A stretch of 64,000 nt of DNA from positions 222,378 to 286,377 of the forward strand of contig JBFXLE010000002.1 of NCBI GenBank assembly GCA_050173015.1. Direction: 5' to 3'. Below the pieces are notes generated by a model, which was not told where the DNA came from, did not search any database, and was given only the letters and a program-made list of their open reading frames with translations. Below, in pieces: positions 39,823 through 50,843 of the stretch. The stretch comes from Calditrichaceae bacterium. GTDB lineage: Bacteria > Calditrichota > Calditrichia > Calditrichales > JBFXGD01. The translations under genes were made by a program, and so were the position numbers. The number at the start of each line of letters is the position of its first letter. The first letter of the stretch is position 1.

Positions 39823-42267
39823 ATGTATAAGAAATGTGAAGTCCCGCTGGAGCAATTGACAAAGAAAGCCAACATAGACAAAATTAAGTTTCAGACAACC
39901 GATGATATTGATCCATTGAACTCAGTCATAGGACAGGACCGCGCGGTATCTTCAATCAATTTCGCTATTGAGATCGGAGATGCCGGTTACAATGTTTTTG
40001 TCACCGGAAGTTATGGAACGGGACGTTCAACTATCGTAAAAGATTTGCTTCTTAAAGCCGCGAAAAAGCGCCCTACCCCTCCTGACCTTATTTTTGTCTA
40101 TAATTTCGAAAATGAAGATGAACCGGCCGCCCTCAGTTTACCCGCGGGAAGGGCATCTAAGTTTCAACAGGACATGCAAAGACTGATAAACAGCCTGAAA
40201 ATTGACCTAAAAAAAACTTTTGAATCAAAATCCTATCTTGAAAAGAAAAATGAGATCGTTGAAAATATTCAAGCCCAAAAACAAGAGCTGCTGGATACGC
40301 TTGAAAAGGAAGCGGTTTCCTTGAAGGTCCAAATTCAGAGTTCAAGCATGGGTTTTGTGACTATTCCGGTGAATGACAAGGGTGAGGCCATTGAAAAGCC
40401 TGAATTTCAAGCATTACCCGAGCCCAAAAAAGAAGCCATAAATCAGAATTTAATCTATATTCAAAAAAGGATTCAGGATGTTTTGCGGCAGATTGGATCC
40501 ATCGAACGTTCATTACAAGATGAAGTTGAAGGATTAACTTCAAAAGTCGCGCGTTTTGTCGTTAACAATCACTTCACTCCCCTTTTGGAAAAATATCATG
40601 AATGCGCTGACATAATCGTTTACCTCGACAAAGCCGCCGAAGATATTATTAATAATGTGTACAATTTAATTGACATTAAGAGCGATGAAGAATCCCAGAA
40701 GAATGAACTCGAAAAAACCCCGTTTCTAATTAACAAGTATAAAGTGAACGTCCTGATTGATAATTCAAAACAACGCGGAGCTCCTGTAATACATGAGACA
40801 AATCCTACTTATAACCATATGTTCGGACGGATAGAGAAAAAATCGTTTCAGGGATTTGTATATACGGACTTTACAATGATCAAACCCGGTTCGCTGCTCG
40901 CCGCGAACGGAGGATTCTATATTATCGATGCCGATCAGCTTTTGAGACAGTCCTTCGCCTACGACGCGCTTAAACGCGCGCTGAGAACCAGGAGCGGGCG
41001 GATAGAAGATATCAGTGAATTGTATGGGTATCTTAGCGCGACTACTCTAAAACCTCAGTCATTTCCGCTGGAGGTAAAGGTGGTTTTAATCGGCACCGCT
41101 TCCAGCTATCATATGCTGCATAATTATGATGAAGAATTCAAAAAGATATTCAAGGTTCGGGCGGACTTTGACACTGAAGTAAATGTAACACCATCCATTG
41201 AAAAGAAATATGTACAATTCATATCCAGAGTGGTCCTGGAAGAGAAATTGCTTCCATTTGACAGGGAAGGAGTCGCTGCCATCATTGAGTACGGTTTCCG
41301 CAGCGCCGAACATCAAAAAAAGATGTCCTTGCAATTTGGCGAGCTGGTAAAACTGATACGTGAAGCGTCATTCTGGGCGGCAAAAAAGGGCCACCATCCC
41401 GTATCAGCGAGAGATGTTGAGTATGCTGTCAAAGACAGGCGATACCGTCACAATCTTGTCGAGGAAAAAATCCAGGAATCCATCATTGAAAATACAATAA
41501 ATGTGGACGTAAGTGGCTTTAAGACCGGACAAATTAACGGCCTTGCCGTATATAATCTCGGTGATTATTCGTTCGGGCGCCCCAACCGGATCACTATCAA
41601 CACCTACATTGGTTCAAGAGGGATCATTAATATTGAACGTGAAGCCAAAATGAGCGGACGCATCCATGATAAAGGCATTCTTGTACTGACAGGATATTTT
41701 TCGCAACGATTCGGTTCAACCATGCCCCTTTCATTTTCAGCCTCTATCACTTTTGAACAGAGTTACGGGATGATCGACGGAGACAGCGCGTCATCTACCG
41801 AATTATACGGTTTACTCTCATCACTTTCGGAAACTCCGATCAATCAGGGAATCGCTGTTACGGGATCGGTCAACCAAAAGGGGGAAGTTCAGGCCATCGG
41901 CGGGGTGAATGATAAGATTGAGGGGTATTTCCAGGTTTGTAAAGCCCGGGGTCTGAAAGGTGATCAGGGTGTAATTATTCCTAAATCGAACATTAAACAT
42001 TTGTTATTGAACAATGAAGTAATTCAAGCCGTAAAAGACAAAAAATTTAACATTTGGGCGGTGGACAACATCGAAGACGGTATGCGCATATTGACAGGAA
42101 AGAGCTGTGGTATTTTACATAAAGACGGAAGTTACACTCATGACTCGATATTTGCTAAAGTTCAGGAACGTCTGAGGGAATTTGCCCAGATCTCTCATAA
42201 GTTCAGGAAGAGTCTTGGTTCTGCATCAAAAAAAGACGATAAGAGTGATGAGTCACCTCTAGATTAA
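39823..42267 (+). CDS. Lon-like protease, LonC type
   Basis: IGQDRA, GSYGTGRST, IKPGSLLAANGG, GQINGL, DGDSAS (catalytic Ser), IGGVNDKIEG (Lys). Confidence 0.9.
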   Translation: MYKKCEVPLEQLTKKANIDKIKFQTTDDIDPLNSVIGQDRAVSSINFAIEIGDAGYNVFVTGSYGTGRSTIVKDLLLKAAKKRPTPPDLIFVYNFENEDEPAALSLPAGRASKFQQDMQRLINSLKIDLKKTFESKSYLEKKNEIVENIQAQKQELLDTLEKEAVSLKVQIQSSSMGFVTIPVNDKGEAIEKPEFQALPEPKKEAINQNLIYIQKRIQDVLRQIGSIERSLQDEVEGLTSKVARFVVNNHFTPLLEKYHECADIIVYLDKAAEDIINNVYNLIDIKSDEESQKNELEKTPFLINKYKVNVLIDNSKQRGAPVIHETNPTYNHMFGRIEKKSFQGFVYTDFTMIKPGSLLAANGGFYIIDADQLLRQSFAYDALKRALRTRSGRIEDISELYGYLSATTLKPQSFPLEVKVVLIGTASSYHMLHNYDEEFKKIFKVRADFDTEVNVTPSIEKKYVQFISRVVLEEKLLPFDREGVAAIIEYGFRSAEHQKKMSLQFGELVKLIREASFWAAKKGHHPVSARDVEYAVKDRRYRHNLVEEKIQESIIENTINVDVSGFKTGQINGLAVYNLGDYSFGRPNRITINTYIGSRGIINIEREAKMSGRIHDKGILVLTGYFSQRFGSTMPLSFSASITFEQSYGMIDGDSASSTELYGLLSSLSETPINQGIAVTGSVNQKGEVQAIGGVNDKIEGYFQVCKARGLKGDQGVIIPKSNIKHLLLNNEVIQAVKDKKFNIWAVDNIEDGMRILTGKSCGILHKDGSYTHDSIFAKVQERLREFAQISHKFRKSLGSASKKDDKSDESPLD

Positions 42268-42279
42268 TGAATCAGTAAA

Positions 42280-43113
42280 TCAATATAGCTCTTGCATTAA
42301 TTTATCGGTGAGGATCGCGGGAAACGGACTCCCGGTCATTATTTCAAATCCGGCCGCTGCCTGTCCGATCAGCATAGGCAGACCGTTCAAAGTAAAAATC
42401 CCGGCATCTTTTGCCATTTTCAGGAAACGTGATTCTTCGGGATTATAGATGAGATCATAGACCACCGTCCGGTCATGACAAAATTGTACTGGATCGGCCG
42501 GGTATTGGTTTATTGCCTTTCCCATTCCAAGACTGGTGGTGTTTATAACGATATCCGTCCTGAACCGAGTCTTTTTTATCTCGCTAAAATTCATAAATTC
42601 TATCCTGGCCGCGCTTATATTCCGAAGCCGGTTCACCAGATTTTTAGCTTTCGTCTCCGTCCGGTTTACAATAATAACATGATGCGGATTGCACTCTTTT
42701 AGTAAACCGAAAGCTACCGCTCTTGACGCCCCTCCGGCTCCAAATATCAGACAGGACTTAATCTCCGGCAGAAACGCGTGTAAGGGCTTTAAAAAGCCCT
42801 TATAATCAGTATTATACCCTTTCCATCTGCGATTCAATGGATTTACGGCGATTGTATTAACCGCGCCGATCATTTCCACGGCAGGATCCACTTCATCCAG
42901 ATATTCTATGATTTTTTCTTTATATGGGATTGTCACATTAAACCCGGACCAGCGCTCTGATTTTAAATTTTTAATTTTGCTGATAAACAGAGCCGGTTCT
43001 ATTTCAATTTTTTTATAATCAGCCTTCATTTTTAAGAGCTGATACGCTCTCCGATGAATTTTTGGCGAAAATGTATGATCAAGAGGATATCCAATTATAC
43101 CGTATTGCCGCAT
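42280..43113 (-). CDS. aroE: Shikimate dehydrogenase
   Basis: GYPLDHTFSP, NVTIPYK, GAVNT, NTD, GAGGA, YDLIYNP. Confidence 0.93.
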   Translation of the reverse strand: MRQYGIIGYPLDHTFSPKIHRRAYQLLKMKADYKKIEIEPALFISKIKNLKSERWSGFNVTIPYKEKIIEYLDEVDPAVEMIGAVNTIAVNPLNRRWKGYNTDYKGFLKPLHAFLPEIKSCLIFGAGGASRAVAFGLLKECNPHHVIIVNRTETKAKNLVNRLRNISAARIEFMNFSEIKKTRFRTDIVINTTSLGMGKAINQYPADPVQFCHDRTVVYDLIYNPEESRFLKMAKDAGIFTLNGLPMLIGQAAAGFEIMTGSPFPAILTDKLMQELY

Positions 43114-43145
43114 CTATATCATCCTGGTTAGAAGGGTTTAAACTC

Positions 43146-44402
43146 TTATTTGACAATTCTGTCTAAGATAGACCAGAACTGAGGGAATGAGACATCCGCG
43201 GATGAGGGATCATCAATGATAATTTTTTCTTTTGACACTAATCCGGCAATGGCAAAGGACATGGCGATTCTATGATCACCGTGAGATTTAACACTGCCGC
43301 CCCTTAGAATTTGTCCGCCGGAGATTGACATCCCATCAGGTTTCTCAAGCGCTTTGCCACCGACCGACTCCAGGTTTTCCACCATGACCTTAATCCTGTC
43401 AGATTCCTTGTATCGTAATTCCTCGGCGCCGTTTAGTTCAAAAACCCCATCAGCCTGCGAGCCGAGTACGGCAAGGATAGGGATTTCGTCAATGATATTC
43501 GGTATTATATCTATATCGATGGGCGCATTCTGTAATTTCGAATATCTTACGGTTAAGTCTCCCATAGGCTCGGGATCCTTTACTCTGACATCGACTTCAA
43601 TTTTCGCGTTCATTTTTTTAAGATGTCTTAATATTCCGTCCCTGGTCGGATTAAGCGAAACATTACGGATAATAAGTTCGGAGCCGGGCAGCATCAATGC
43701 CGCCGCGATAAAAAATGACGCGGAAGATATGTCACCCGGAATCATCATTGAAATATCCGGTATTTTTATATTTCTGGAACTTGTTATTGTTTGACTGCCG
43801 TCAGGATTTTGTTTTGAAGGCAACCCTATCAATCTTTCGGTATGATCTCTGGTCCGGACAGGCTCGATAATATTTGTCTCACCATCAGCATATAAGCCGG
43901 CGAGCAGCAGAGCGGATTTTACCTGAGCGCTGGCGACCGGTAAGCGATAGGTTATTCCCTTAAGCATTCCCGCGGGTGAAAATTTTAATGGAAGGTGTCC
44001 GTTCTCGGATGATATTTTGGCGCCCATCATTGCCAGCGGATCTAAAACACGCTTCATCGGGCGTTTGCTTAAAGAGTCATCACCCTGTAGAGTTGTAGGA
44101 AAATTTAGATTTGACAAGATACCGCTCATCAACCTGGCTGTTGTCCCTGAATTTTTGGCATCGAGGGCTTTATCGTCTATTTTCCAGTCATCGAGCGGCT
44201 TTCCTCTGATGATCAGACGGGAACCGGATAGTTCCCAGTCAATGCCCGCATTTCTCAGGATATCCAGTGTGGCGGCGCAATCTTTGTTCAAATTAAAATT
44301 ATCAAACACTGATTTTCTAAAATTAAGAGCGGAAAATAATGCGGCGCGATGAGAAATAGATTTATCCCCGGGGAGCGTTATATCCCCTTTTATTTTATAC
44401 AT
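43146..44402 (-). CDS. aroA: EPSP synthase
   Basis: PGDKSISHR, NSGTTAR, SAQVKS, RDHTER, KESDR, DHRIAM. Confidence 0.96.
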   Translation of the reverse strand: MYKIKGDITLPGDKSISHRAALFSALNFRKSVFDNFNLNKDCAATLDILRNAGIDWELSGSRLIIRGKPLDDWKIDDKALDAKNSGTTARLMSGILSNLNFPTTLQGDDSLSKRPMKRVLDPLAMMGAKISSENGHLPLKFSPAGMLKGITYRLPVASAQVKSALLLAGLYADGETNIIEPVRTRDHTERLIGLPSKQNPDGSQTITSSRNIKIPDISMMIPGDISSASFFIAAALMLPGSELIIRNVSLNPTRDGILRHLKKMNAKIEVDVRVKDPEPMGDLTVRYSKLQNAPIDIDIIPNIIDEIPILAVLGSQADGVFELNGAEELRYKESDRIKVMVENLESVGGKALEKPDGMSISGGQILRGGSVKSHGDHRIAMSFAIAGLVSKEKIIIDDPSSADVSFPQFWSILDRIVK

Positions 44403-44508
44403 CTTTATCCAATGCCGTTAAATCAAAGATCCATGTTGTCAAAAAATAAATAGGGAGAACAGAAGCTCATCACCGTTTGTATTTCACTAAGCCTACAGGT
44501 TTGTAAAA

Positions 44509-45024
44509 TTAATTGACTCTTTTTACAACACCTTCTATCAACAATCCCGCGCCAATGATGATTAATATAATGGGCCAGTAAACTGATAACACATCAGCTA
44601 TCATCCATACTCTGATCAAATCATACGTTGCGGCGACAAACGGAACGCCGAGCAAGATAAAAATCAATCCGGTTGTCAGATTTGAAAAATGAGTTCTTTT
44701 AAAAAGATAATACACGATATTGGCCAGTCCTATGTTCATAAAAAACAATCCCCAGCCGAGAGAATCAAGTTTCGGCAAATATCCAAGTTGCATCAATAAC
44801 AGAGACGCTCCTTCAAGAATGAAAAAACTTCCGCCAAGAATACCTTTACGATTAGAATTATTAAATCCCTTATTTAACAGCACGACTCCTAAGAAAAAGC
44901 ACGCCATAATAAGAAAATTCCCTCTGGAGAAATTTAAATAGTCAAGCTGATTCAATAGGAGTAATACTCCAACTAAGATCAGGAGCCAGGCGGAAATATT
45001 TGACTTTTTCATTGGATACTCCAC
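44509..45024 (-). CDS. LiaF/LiaI-like membrane protein
   Basis: Multiple TM helices, LILVGVLLLLNQL and YWPIILIIIG motifs; follows the PspC gene. Confidence 0.7.
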   Translation of the reverse strand: MEYPMKKSNISAWLLILVGVLLLLNQLDYLNFSRGNFLIMACFFLGVVLLNKGFNNSNRKGILGGSFFILEGASLLLMQLGYLPKLDSLGWGLFFMNIGLANIVYYLFKRTHFSNLTTGLIFILLGVPFVAATYDLIRVWMIADVLSVYWPIILIIIGAGLLIEGVVKRVN

Positions 45025-45035
45025 TTTAATAGAGA

Positions 45036-45743
45036 TTATATTCTATTCTGTTCAGGCAATTCAGGAAAAACAATCACCATCACGATGTATGCCAAAATCC
45101 CGACACCTACCGAAGCCAGAGTCATCAGAACCCATCCAAGTCTGATTATGGTAGGGTCAACAGCAAAATATTCAGCCAGCCCACCGCAGACTCCGCTGAT
45201 CATTTTATTTGAAGTGGATCTGTAAAATTGCCGTTTCTGATCTTCTTCATTATGATGTTCATCCGCGTTTTCAGGTTCAGCGGGCTGTTTAACACCATGT
45301 CTTAATTCAGTCAAAGGATTACGGTTGTAGAGAAGAAAGATTCCGATTACAATCAGGAAAATAGCCCAGATCATCTGCCAGGGTACATGCCAGAAACTAA
45401 TGTAATAAAAGAATCCTAACTGTTTCAACAATAAACCAAGTCCCAGGAGGATCAGTATGCTTCCCCATAAAAGAGCTTTATCATTTTTATTTTTGTTCAA
45501 TTCTTTCTCTGAAAATTCCTGATCAGGATTCTCCGGTACGATAATGGCTCCCGCGATATAAACTAGAATACCGATACCGGCAAAAAGGGTCATCACGACC
45601 CATGCAAGCCTTACAAGGACAGGTTCAATATTTAAATACTCAGCGATTCCACCACATACCCCAACAAGCATTCTGTCTTTTCTTGAACGAAACAACTTTT
45701 TTATTGATGTTTCCTCATTGGGTTTTCCCGTCTCCTCAGGCAT
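45036..45743 (-). CDS. Double PspC-domain membrane protein
   Basis: Two (L/F)xRS...GVCGGxAEY...P..R domains flanking a LiaI/LiaF-like TM hairpin; ATG 45743 after GGAGG. Confidence 0.88.
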   Translation of the reverse strand: MPEETGKPNEETSIKKLFRSRKDRMLVGVCGGIAEYLNIEPVLVRLAWVVMTLFAGIGILVYIAGAIIVPENPDQEFSEKELNKNKNDKALLWGSILILLGLGLLLKQLGFFYYISFWHVPWQMIWAIFLIVIGIFLLYNRNPLTELRHGVKQPAEPENADEHHNEEDQKRQFYRSTSNKMISGVCGGLAEYFAVDPTIIRLGWVLMTLASVGVGILAYIVMVIVFPELPEQNRI

Positions 45744-45804
45744 ATTTCCTCCCGGATAATTCATGTTTATATAAAAAGACGAATTTTTACCGATATTGTT
45801 GCAT

Positions 45805-46275
45805 TTATCGGCTGATTGATAATATTTTGTATCGCAAAATTCCTGCCGGCACATTAATTTCGGCTATCTCGTCAATTTTCTTACCAAGCAAGCCTTTACC
45901 GACCGGAGATGTAATTGAAATTTTGTTTTGCTTGATATCCGTTTCTTCAGCAGAAACAAGTGTATAATCATATTCCCTTTTCGTTTTTAAATCCTGCACT
46001 TTCACCGATGTCAAAATGGAAACCTGATCGGTAGTGATTTCATTCTCATCAATAATTCTTGCTCTTGCCACCCGATCCTGCAGCTGTTGTATTTTTGTCT
46101 CAGCAAGTGATAATTCTTCACGGGCGGCATGATATTCGGCGTTTTCCCGGAGATCCCCATGCTCGCGGGCAGTTGCTACTTTTTGTGAGATGGCCGGACG
46201 CGTAATATATTTTAATTCATGCAGTTCTTTTTTTAAATTATCCAGTCCTTCGGCAGTTAAATATACGTATTCCAA
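45805..46275 (-). CDS. greA: Transcription elongation factor GreA
   Basis: AREHGDLRENAEYHAA and ISITSPVGKGLLGK. Confidence 0.96.
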   Translation of the reverse strand: MEYVYLTAEGLDNLKKELHELKYITRPAISQKVATAREHGDLRENAEYHAAREELSLAETKIQQLQDRVARARIIDENEITTDQVSILTSVKVQDLKTKREYDYTLVSAEETDIKQNKISITSPVGKGLLGKKIDEIAEINVPAGILRYKILSISR

Positions 46276-46361
46276 TTTATTTCCTTTCCTTTTTATAACT
46301 CCATTCTGAATATCATTAAGCTAAAAAGAATCAGTTGTTTTTTCAAGTCGTATTGGATAAA

Positions 46362-48554
46362 TCAGTTGGGCTGTGAGATGTGGTCCACACGTTCAACGGA
46401 GAAAACACCCGGAATTTTACGGATACTGTTTATAATTTTTGTAAGATGTTGGAGATCTTTTACCTGTATGTTTAGCTGCCCCTTCGCATACATATCATCG
46501 GTTCTGAAATCGGCCATCAGGATATTGGTATCCTGCTTAGCGACACATAAGGTAATATCTTTTAGCAGATTTTTACGGTCTTCACCAAGTATGGAAAGAT
46601 GTACCTGAAATTCCTGATCCTTCTCGATATCCCAGGCGACATCAATGACTCTTTCTTTTTCTTCCATGAGTTTTATCAGATTTTTGCAATCTGTCCGATG
46701 AATAGTCACCCCTTTTCCCCGTGTCAGATATCCGATAATCCTGTCTCCGGGAACGGGCTGGCAGCACTTTCCAAAATGAATAAGCATATTATCCATGCCC
46801 TGAACTCGTATACCGCTTTCATGCCGCGCGCGTTTTAGGAATTTGACAAAAAAACTATCTTCTTTTTCAAGCGGTGGTTTATCAGGATACATTTTCTTGG
46901 CAATGTTGTCAACCGTAAATTCTCCACGTCCTATGACGACCTTGAGACTTTCGAGATTTTGAAATCCCAGTTTTTGCAGGACATCCAAAAACTCAGGACT
47001 TTTTTCTGTAAGTTTGTATTTTTTTAAAAATTTTACAAGAATCTCTCCGCCGATCTCGATTGTCTGGGCTAGCTGCTCGTCTCTTAAGGTTTTCTTAATC
47101 CATTGTCTGGCTTTCGTTGTCTTGACAAATGACAACCAGTCATGGCTTGGTTTTTGATTTTGTGATGTGATGATCTCCACCTGATCACCGGATCTCAATT
47201 CGGTCTTCATTGGAACTATTTTACCGTTGACCTTCGCGCCTATACAATGGTTGCCTATGTTTGTGTGGATCGCGTATGCAAAATCAACCGGAGACGATTT
47301 TGCCGGAAGCTTAAATAAATCTCCTTTTGGAGAAAAAACAAAAAGTTCATCCTGGAACAAATCAATTTTAAGATTCTCCATAAAATCACCGGGATCATCC
47401 TCCTGAATCTGTCTCTCTACAAGCTCCCGGACCCAGTTTAGATGTTTTTCATAATAAGTATCACCGCTCACACCTTCCTTATATTTCCAATGGGCTGCGA
47501 TCCCGTCCTCAGCCATCCGATGCATATCCTGGGTTCGAATCTGAATCTCGACCATTTTTCCTTCGGGTCCGACGACTGTCGTATGAAGAGATTGATATCC
47601 GTTAATTTTAGGCATGGCGATATAGTCTTTGAAACGGTCATAAACGGGCATGAACAGATTATGTATTATACCGAGCGCATAATAACACTCTTCCACTTTT
47701 TCGACTAAAATTCTGATAGCAAGCAGATCATATATTTCCTCGAAGGGTCTGTTCCGCTTCTTCATTTTGTGATAAATACTGAAATAACTCTTGGCGCGTC
47801 CGGAAATAGTCGATTCAATGCCATTTTTTTTGAGGTCGCCTGCAATCGGCTCCGTCACTCTTTTTATATATTGTTCACGCTGTTCCTTCGTTTCCTTTAT
47901 TTTCCGGACCAGGTCATTATAGACATCCGTTTCCAGATGCTTTAGCGCGAGATCTTCCAGTTCAAGTTTTATTCTGGAGATACCAAACCGGTGGGCCAGC
48001 GGCGCGTAAACATCTCTTGTTTCAATGGAGATGCGCGGACGTTTTTTTTCCGGAACAAACTCCAGCGTACGCATATTATGCAACCTGTCAGCGAATTTTA
48101 TAATTATGACCCGAACGTCCTGCGCCATAGAAAGCAGCATTTTTCTGAAGGTTTCAGCTTGCTGGGCCTCTTTGCTTTGAAATTTCAGCTCGCCGATTTT
48201 AGTGACACCATCAACCATGGAGCTTACGGTTTCACCAAATTCTTCCTTGAGCTGATCCAGAGTGACGCCCGTGTCTTCAACGACATCATGCAGTAATCCG
48301 GAAATGATAGTGGAACTATCCATTTTGAGCTCTGCAAGAATTTTTGCCACATTCAGACAATGTTCAAAGTATGGTTCTCCGGAATACCTGCGCTGCCTGA
48401 GATGGGCCTTAAGACCAAAATCGTATGCCTTTTTGAGGGCCTCACCATCAAAATCACTGGCATATAGCTTTATATCATTTAACAACTGATCAAATTCAGC
48501 ATCGAATAAAGTGTGCATTTTTTTTATCAGCTGCTCGTCTGTAACTTTTAGCAT
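46362..48554 (-). CDS. rel: Bifunctional (p)ppGpp synthetase/hydrolase Rel
   Basis: LLHDVVEDT, KFADRLHNMRT, YQSLHT, EIQIRT, TGS and ACT domains. Confidence 0.95.
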   Translation of the reverse strand: MLKVTDEQLIKKMHTLFDAEFDQLLNDIKLYASDFDGEALKKAYDFGLKAHLRQRRYSGEPYFEHCLNVAKILAELKMDSSTIISGLLHDVVEDTGVTLDQLKEEFGETVSSMVDGVTKIGELKFQSKEAQQAETFRKMLLSMAQDVRVIIIKFADRLHNMRTLEFVPEKKRPRISIETRDVYAPLAHRFGISRIKLELEDLALKHLETDVYNDLVRKIKETKEQREQYIKRVTEPIAGDLKKNGIESTISGRAKSYFSIYHKMKKRNRPFEEIYDLLAIRILVEKVEECYYALGIIHNLFMPVYDRFKDYIAMPKINGYQSLHTTVVGPEGKMVEIQIRTQDMHRMAEDGIAAHWKYKEGVSGDTYYEKHLNWVRELVERQIQEDDPGDFMENLKIDLFQDELFVFSPKGDLFKLPAKSSPVDFAYAIHTNIGNHCIGAKVNGKIVPMKTELRSGDQVEIITSQNQKPSHDWLSFVKTTKARQWIKKTLRDEQLAQTIEIGGEILVKFLKKYKLTEKSPEFLDVLQKLGFQNLESLKVVIGRGEFTVDNIAKKMYPDKPPLEKEDSFFVKFLKRARHESGIRVQGMDNMLIHFGKCCQPVPGDRIIGYLTRGKGVTIHRTDCKNLIKLMEEKERVIDVAWDIEKDQEFQVHLSILGEDRKNLLKDITLCVAKQDTNILMADFRTDDMYAKGQLNIQVKDLQHLTKIINSIRKIPGVFSVERVDHISQPN

Positions 48555-48593
48555 ATAATTAACTTTACCGCCTAATTCATTCCTTGAATGATA

Positions 48594-49991
48594 TTAAAAT
48601 TCTGCAGGTGAATAAACTGCCGTATCATGAAAAATATCCGGATCACCAAATTTTCCGTACTCTTTAAGAAAGGTCAGACGTATGGTTCCAACCGGACCGT
48701 TTCGCTGTTTTCCGATAATTATTTCACACATATTATGCGTTGATGCGCCCGTATCTTCAAATTCCATGATATTGTAATATTCCGGACGGTACACAAAAAA
48801 CACAACGTCCGCGTCCTGCTCGATAGCGCCGGATTCGCGCAAATCAGATAATTGCGGTTTTTTGCTCTTATCTCTCGTTTCTGTAGCGCGTGAGAGCTGG
48901 GATAAAGCCACTACGGGAATGCCAAGTTCCTTCGCGATCCCTTTAACCGACCGGGAAATATGTGTTATTTCCTGCTGTCTGTTCTCCCCCTTATGCCCTT
49001 CCATCAGCTGAAGATAATCGATGATGAGCAGCTGGATATTCTTTTCCGCTTTAAGTCGTCTTGCTTTTGCCCGAAGCTCAATGACGTTCAGGGATGCGGA
49101 ATCGTCTATGTAAATGGGAGCATTCATCAGTTTTGCGACATGATTGGTAAGACGGCCCATCTCTTCCTTGTTAAGTTTACCTGTACGGACAGCCATCTGA
49201 TTTACTTTGGCTTCTGTACACAGTAGCCTCAATACTAAAGCTTCAGTCGACATTTCAAGGCTAAATACACCAACCGCATAGCCGAAATCCACAGCGGCGT
49301 TTCGGGCAAGATTGAGAGCAAAGGCCGTTTTCCCCATACTTGGCCGACCCGCCAGAATAATAAGATCAGCCGGCTGAAAACCCGCCGTATATTCATCTAG
49401 CTTTTTGTATCCTGATGATACACCTGTAACCCCCGTCTTACTTGAATGATAGAGCTCATCAATCTTTTCGAATGTGCTGTGAAGAACCGTATTTATTGAA
49501 GCAAAACCTTTTTTGAGCCTTTTTTCAGAGATCTCAAATATTTTTCGTTCGGCAAAATCAAGCATTTCATCCACTTCTTCCGTCTGAGAATATGCCTGAT
49601 TAATGATTGCCGTACATTCGCTAATCAGCATTCTGGAAAGAGCTTTTTGTTTGACAATATCTAAATGATACTCAATATTCGCCGATGAAGGTGTACTGTT
49701 TGATATTTCGGCGAGATAATATGGACCACCGATATCATCCAAAGCGTCCATCCTCTTGAGTTCTTCAGAAAGCGTAATCAAATCGATTTCAGTGTTTTTT
49801 TCAAACAGGTTTACAATGGCTGAGAAGATAGTTTTATGACTGTTTTTATAAAAGTAACCCGCGTCTATTGTCTCCACAGCCATTGCCACAGCTTCTTTAT
49901 CGAGAAACATCGCGCCAAGAACGGCCTGTTCAACCTCGTTTGCCTGTGGCGGTACTCGTAATGCTTGTTCGCCGGAACCTTTATCAGACAT
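48594..49991 (-). CDS. dnaB: Replicative DNA helicase
   Basis: GRPSMGKT, IDYLQL, LSQLSR, DLRESGAIEQDAD, KQRNGP; no intein. Confidence 0.97.
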   Translation of the reverse strand: MSDKGSGEQALRVPPQANEVEQAVLGAMFLDKEAVAMAVETIDAGYFYKNSHKTIFSAIVNLFEKNTEIDLITLSEELKRMDALDDIGGPYYLAEISNSTPSSANIEYHLDIVKQKALSRMLISECTAIINQAYSQTEEVDEMLDFAERKIFEISEKRLKKGFASINTVLHSTFEKIDELYHSSKTGVTGVSSGYKKLDEYTAGFQPADLIILAGRPSMGKTAFALNLARNAAVDFGYAVGVFSLEMSTEALVLRLLCTEAKVNQMAVRTGKLNKEEMGRLTNHVAKLMNAPIYIDDSASLNVIELRAKARRLKAEKNIQLLIIDYLQLMEGHKGENRQQEITHISRSVKGIAKELGIPVVALSQLSRATETRDKSKKPQLSDLRESGAIEQDADVVFFVYRPEYYNIMEFEDTGASTHNMCEIIIGKQRNGPVGTIRLTFLKEYGKFGDPDIFHDTAVYSPAEF

Positions 49992-50099
49992 TATTTACCT
50001 CTTTATCTTATATTATGAAAAGATATCTTTGATTCTATTCTACAGTTCATTGATTAGAATAATTAAAAATCATTCGTCTTTCAAGTTGACTTTTAATGA

Positions 50100-50843
50100 T
50101 TAAGCTGTTTTTTCCATCAATGTTTTAATTTTTTTTAAATCTTGCCAGACATTTCGCTTCCATTGAGGATTTCTTAATAATGCGGCAGGATGGTAAGTGA
50201 CAACAAAAGGAATGTCTTCATAGATTTGTACGTCCTGTCGTAATTTACTCAAGGAATCATTCCGTTTTAACAGAACCTGTGCTGAAATTCTTCCCAAAGC
50301 AACTAATATTTCGGGAGAAATCATTTCCAGTTGTCTTTTAAGATACGGTTCGCAGAGCGCCACTTCATCCGGGTGGGGATCACGGTTGTTGGGCGGTCGG
50401 CATTTTAAAATATTGGCGATGTATATATCATCTCTTTTAAGGCCGATTGTATCGAGCATTTTATCCAGAAGTTTACCTGCTTTTCCGACAAAAGGTATCC
50501 CTTTTTCATCTTCTTCTCTCCCGGGTGCCTCACCTACGAACATAATCCTGGCCTTTGGATTCCCTGTTCCAAAAACGAAATTTTTTCGGGTCTCTCCCAG
50601 AGGACATTTACTGCAATCCTTTATTTCCAGATAAAATTTTTCCAGTTCCGGGCTTTTTTGATGAGTAACGACCACATCTTTTACAGATTTTTTGTATTCA
50701 GGAACGCGGGCCGGTTCCATCACGATCGGCTGTTCAGATCTTTCCGGAGGATCCTGGAGCTGCCCATCTAAATATTTTATGTCACCGTAAACATGCCGGT
50801 ACCAGTCCAGGAGATTATTTAATTCGTTTAATACATTATCCAT
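50100..50843 (-). CDS. Uracil-DNA glycosylase family 4
   Basis: CxxC, GEAPG, PFVGKAG, KCRPPNNR, TYHPAALLR. Confidence 0.93.
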   Translation of the reverse strand: MDNVLNELNNLLDWYRHVYGDIKYLDGQLQDPPERSEQPIVMEPARVPEYKKSVKDVVVTHQKSPELEKFYLEIKDCSKCPLGETRKNFVFGTGNPKARIMFVGEAPGREEDEKGIPFVGKAGKLLDKMLDTIGLKRDDIYIANILKCRPPNNRDPHPDEVALCEPYLKRQLEMISPEILVALGRISAQVLLKRNDSLSKLRQDVQIYEDIPFVVTYHPAALLRNPQWKRNVWQDLKKIKTLMEKTA

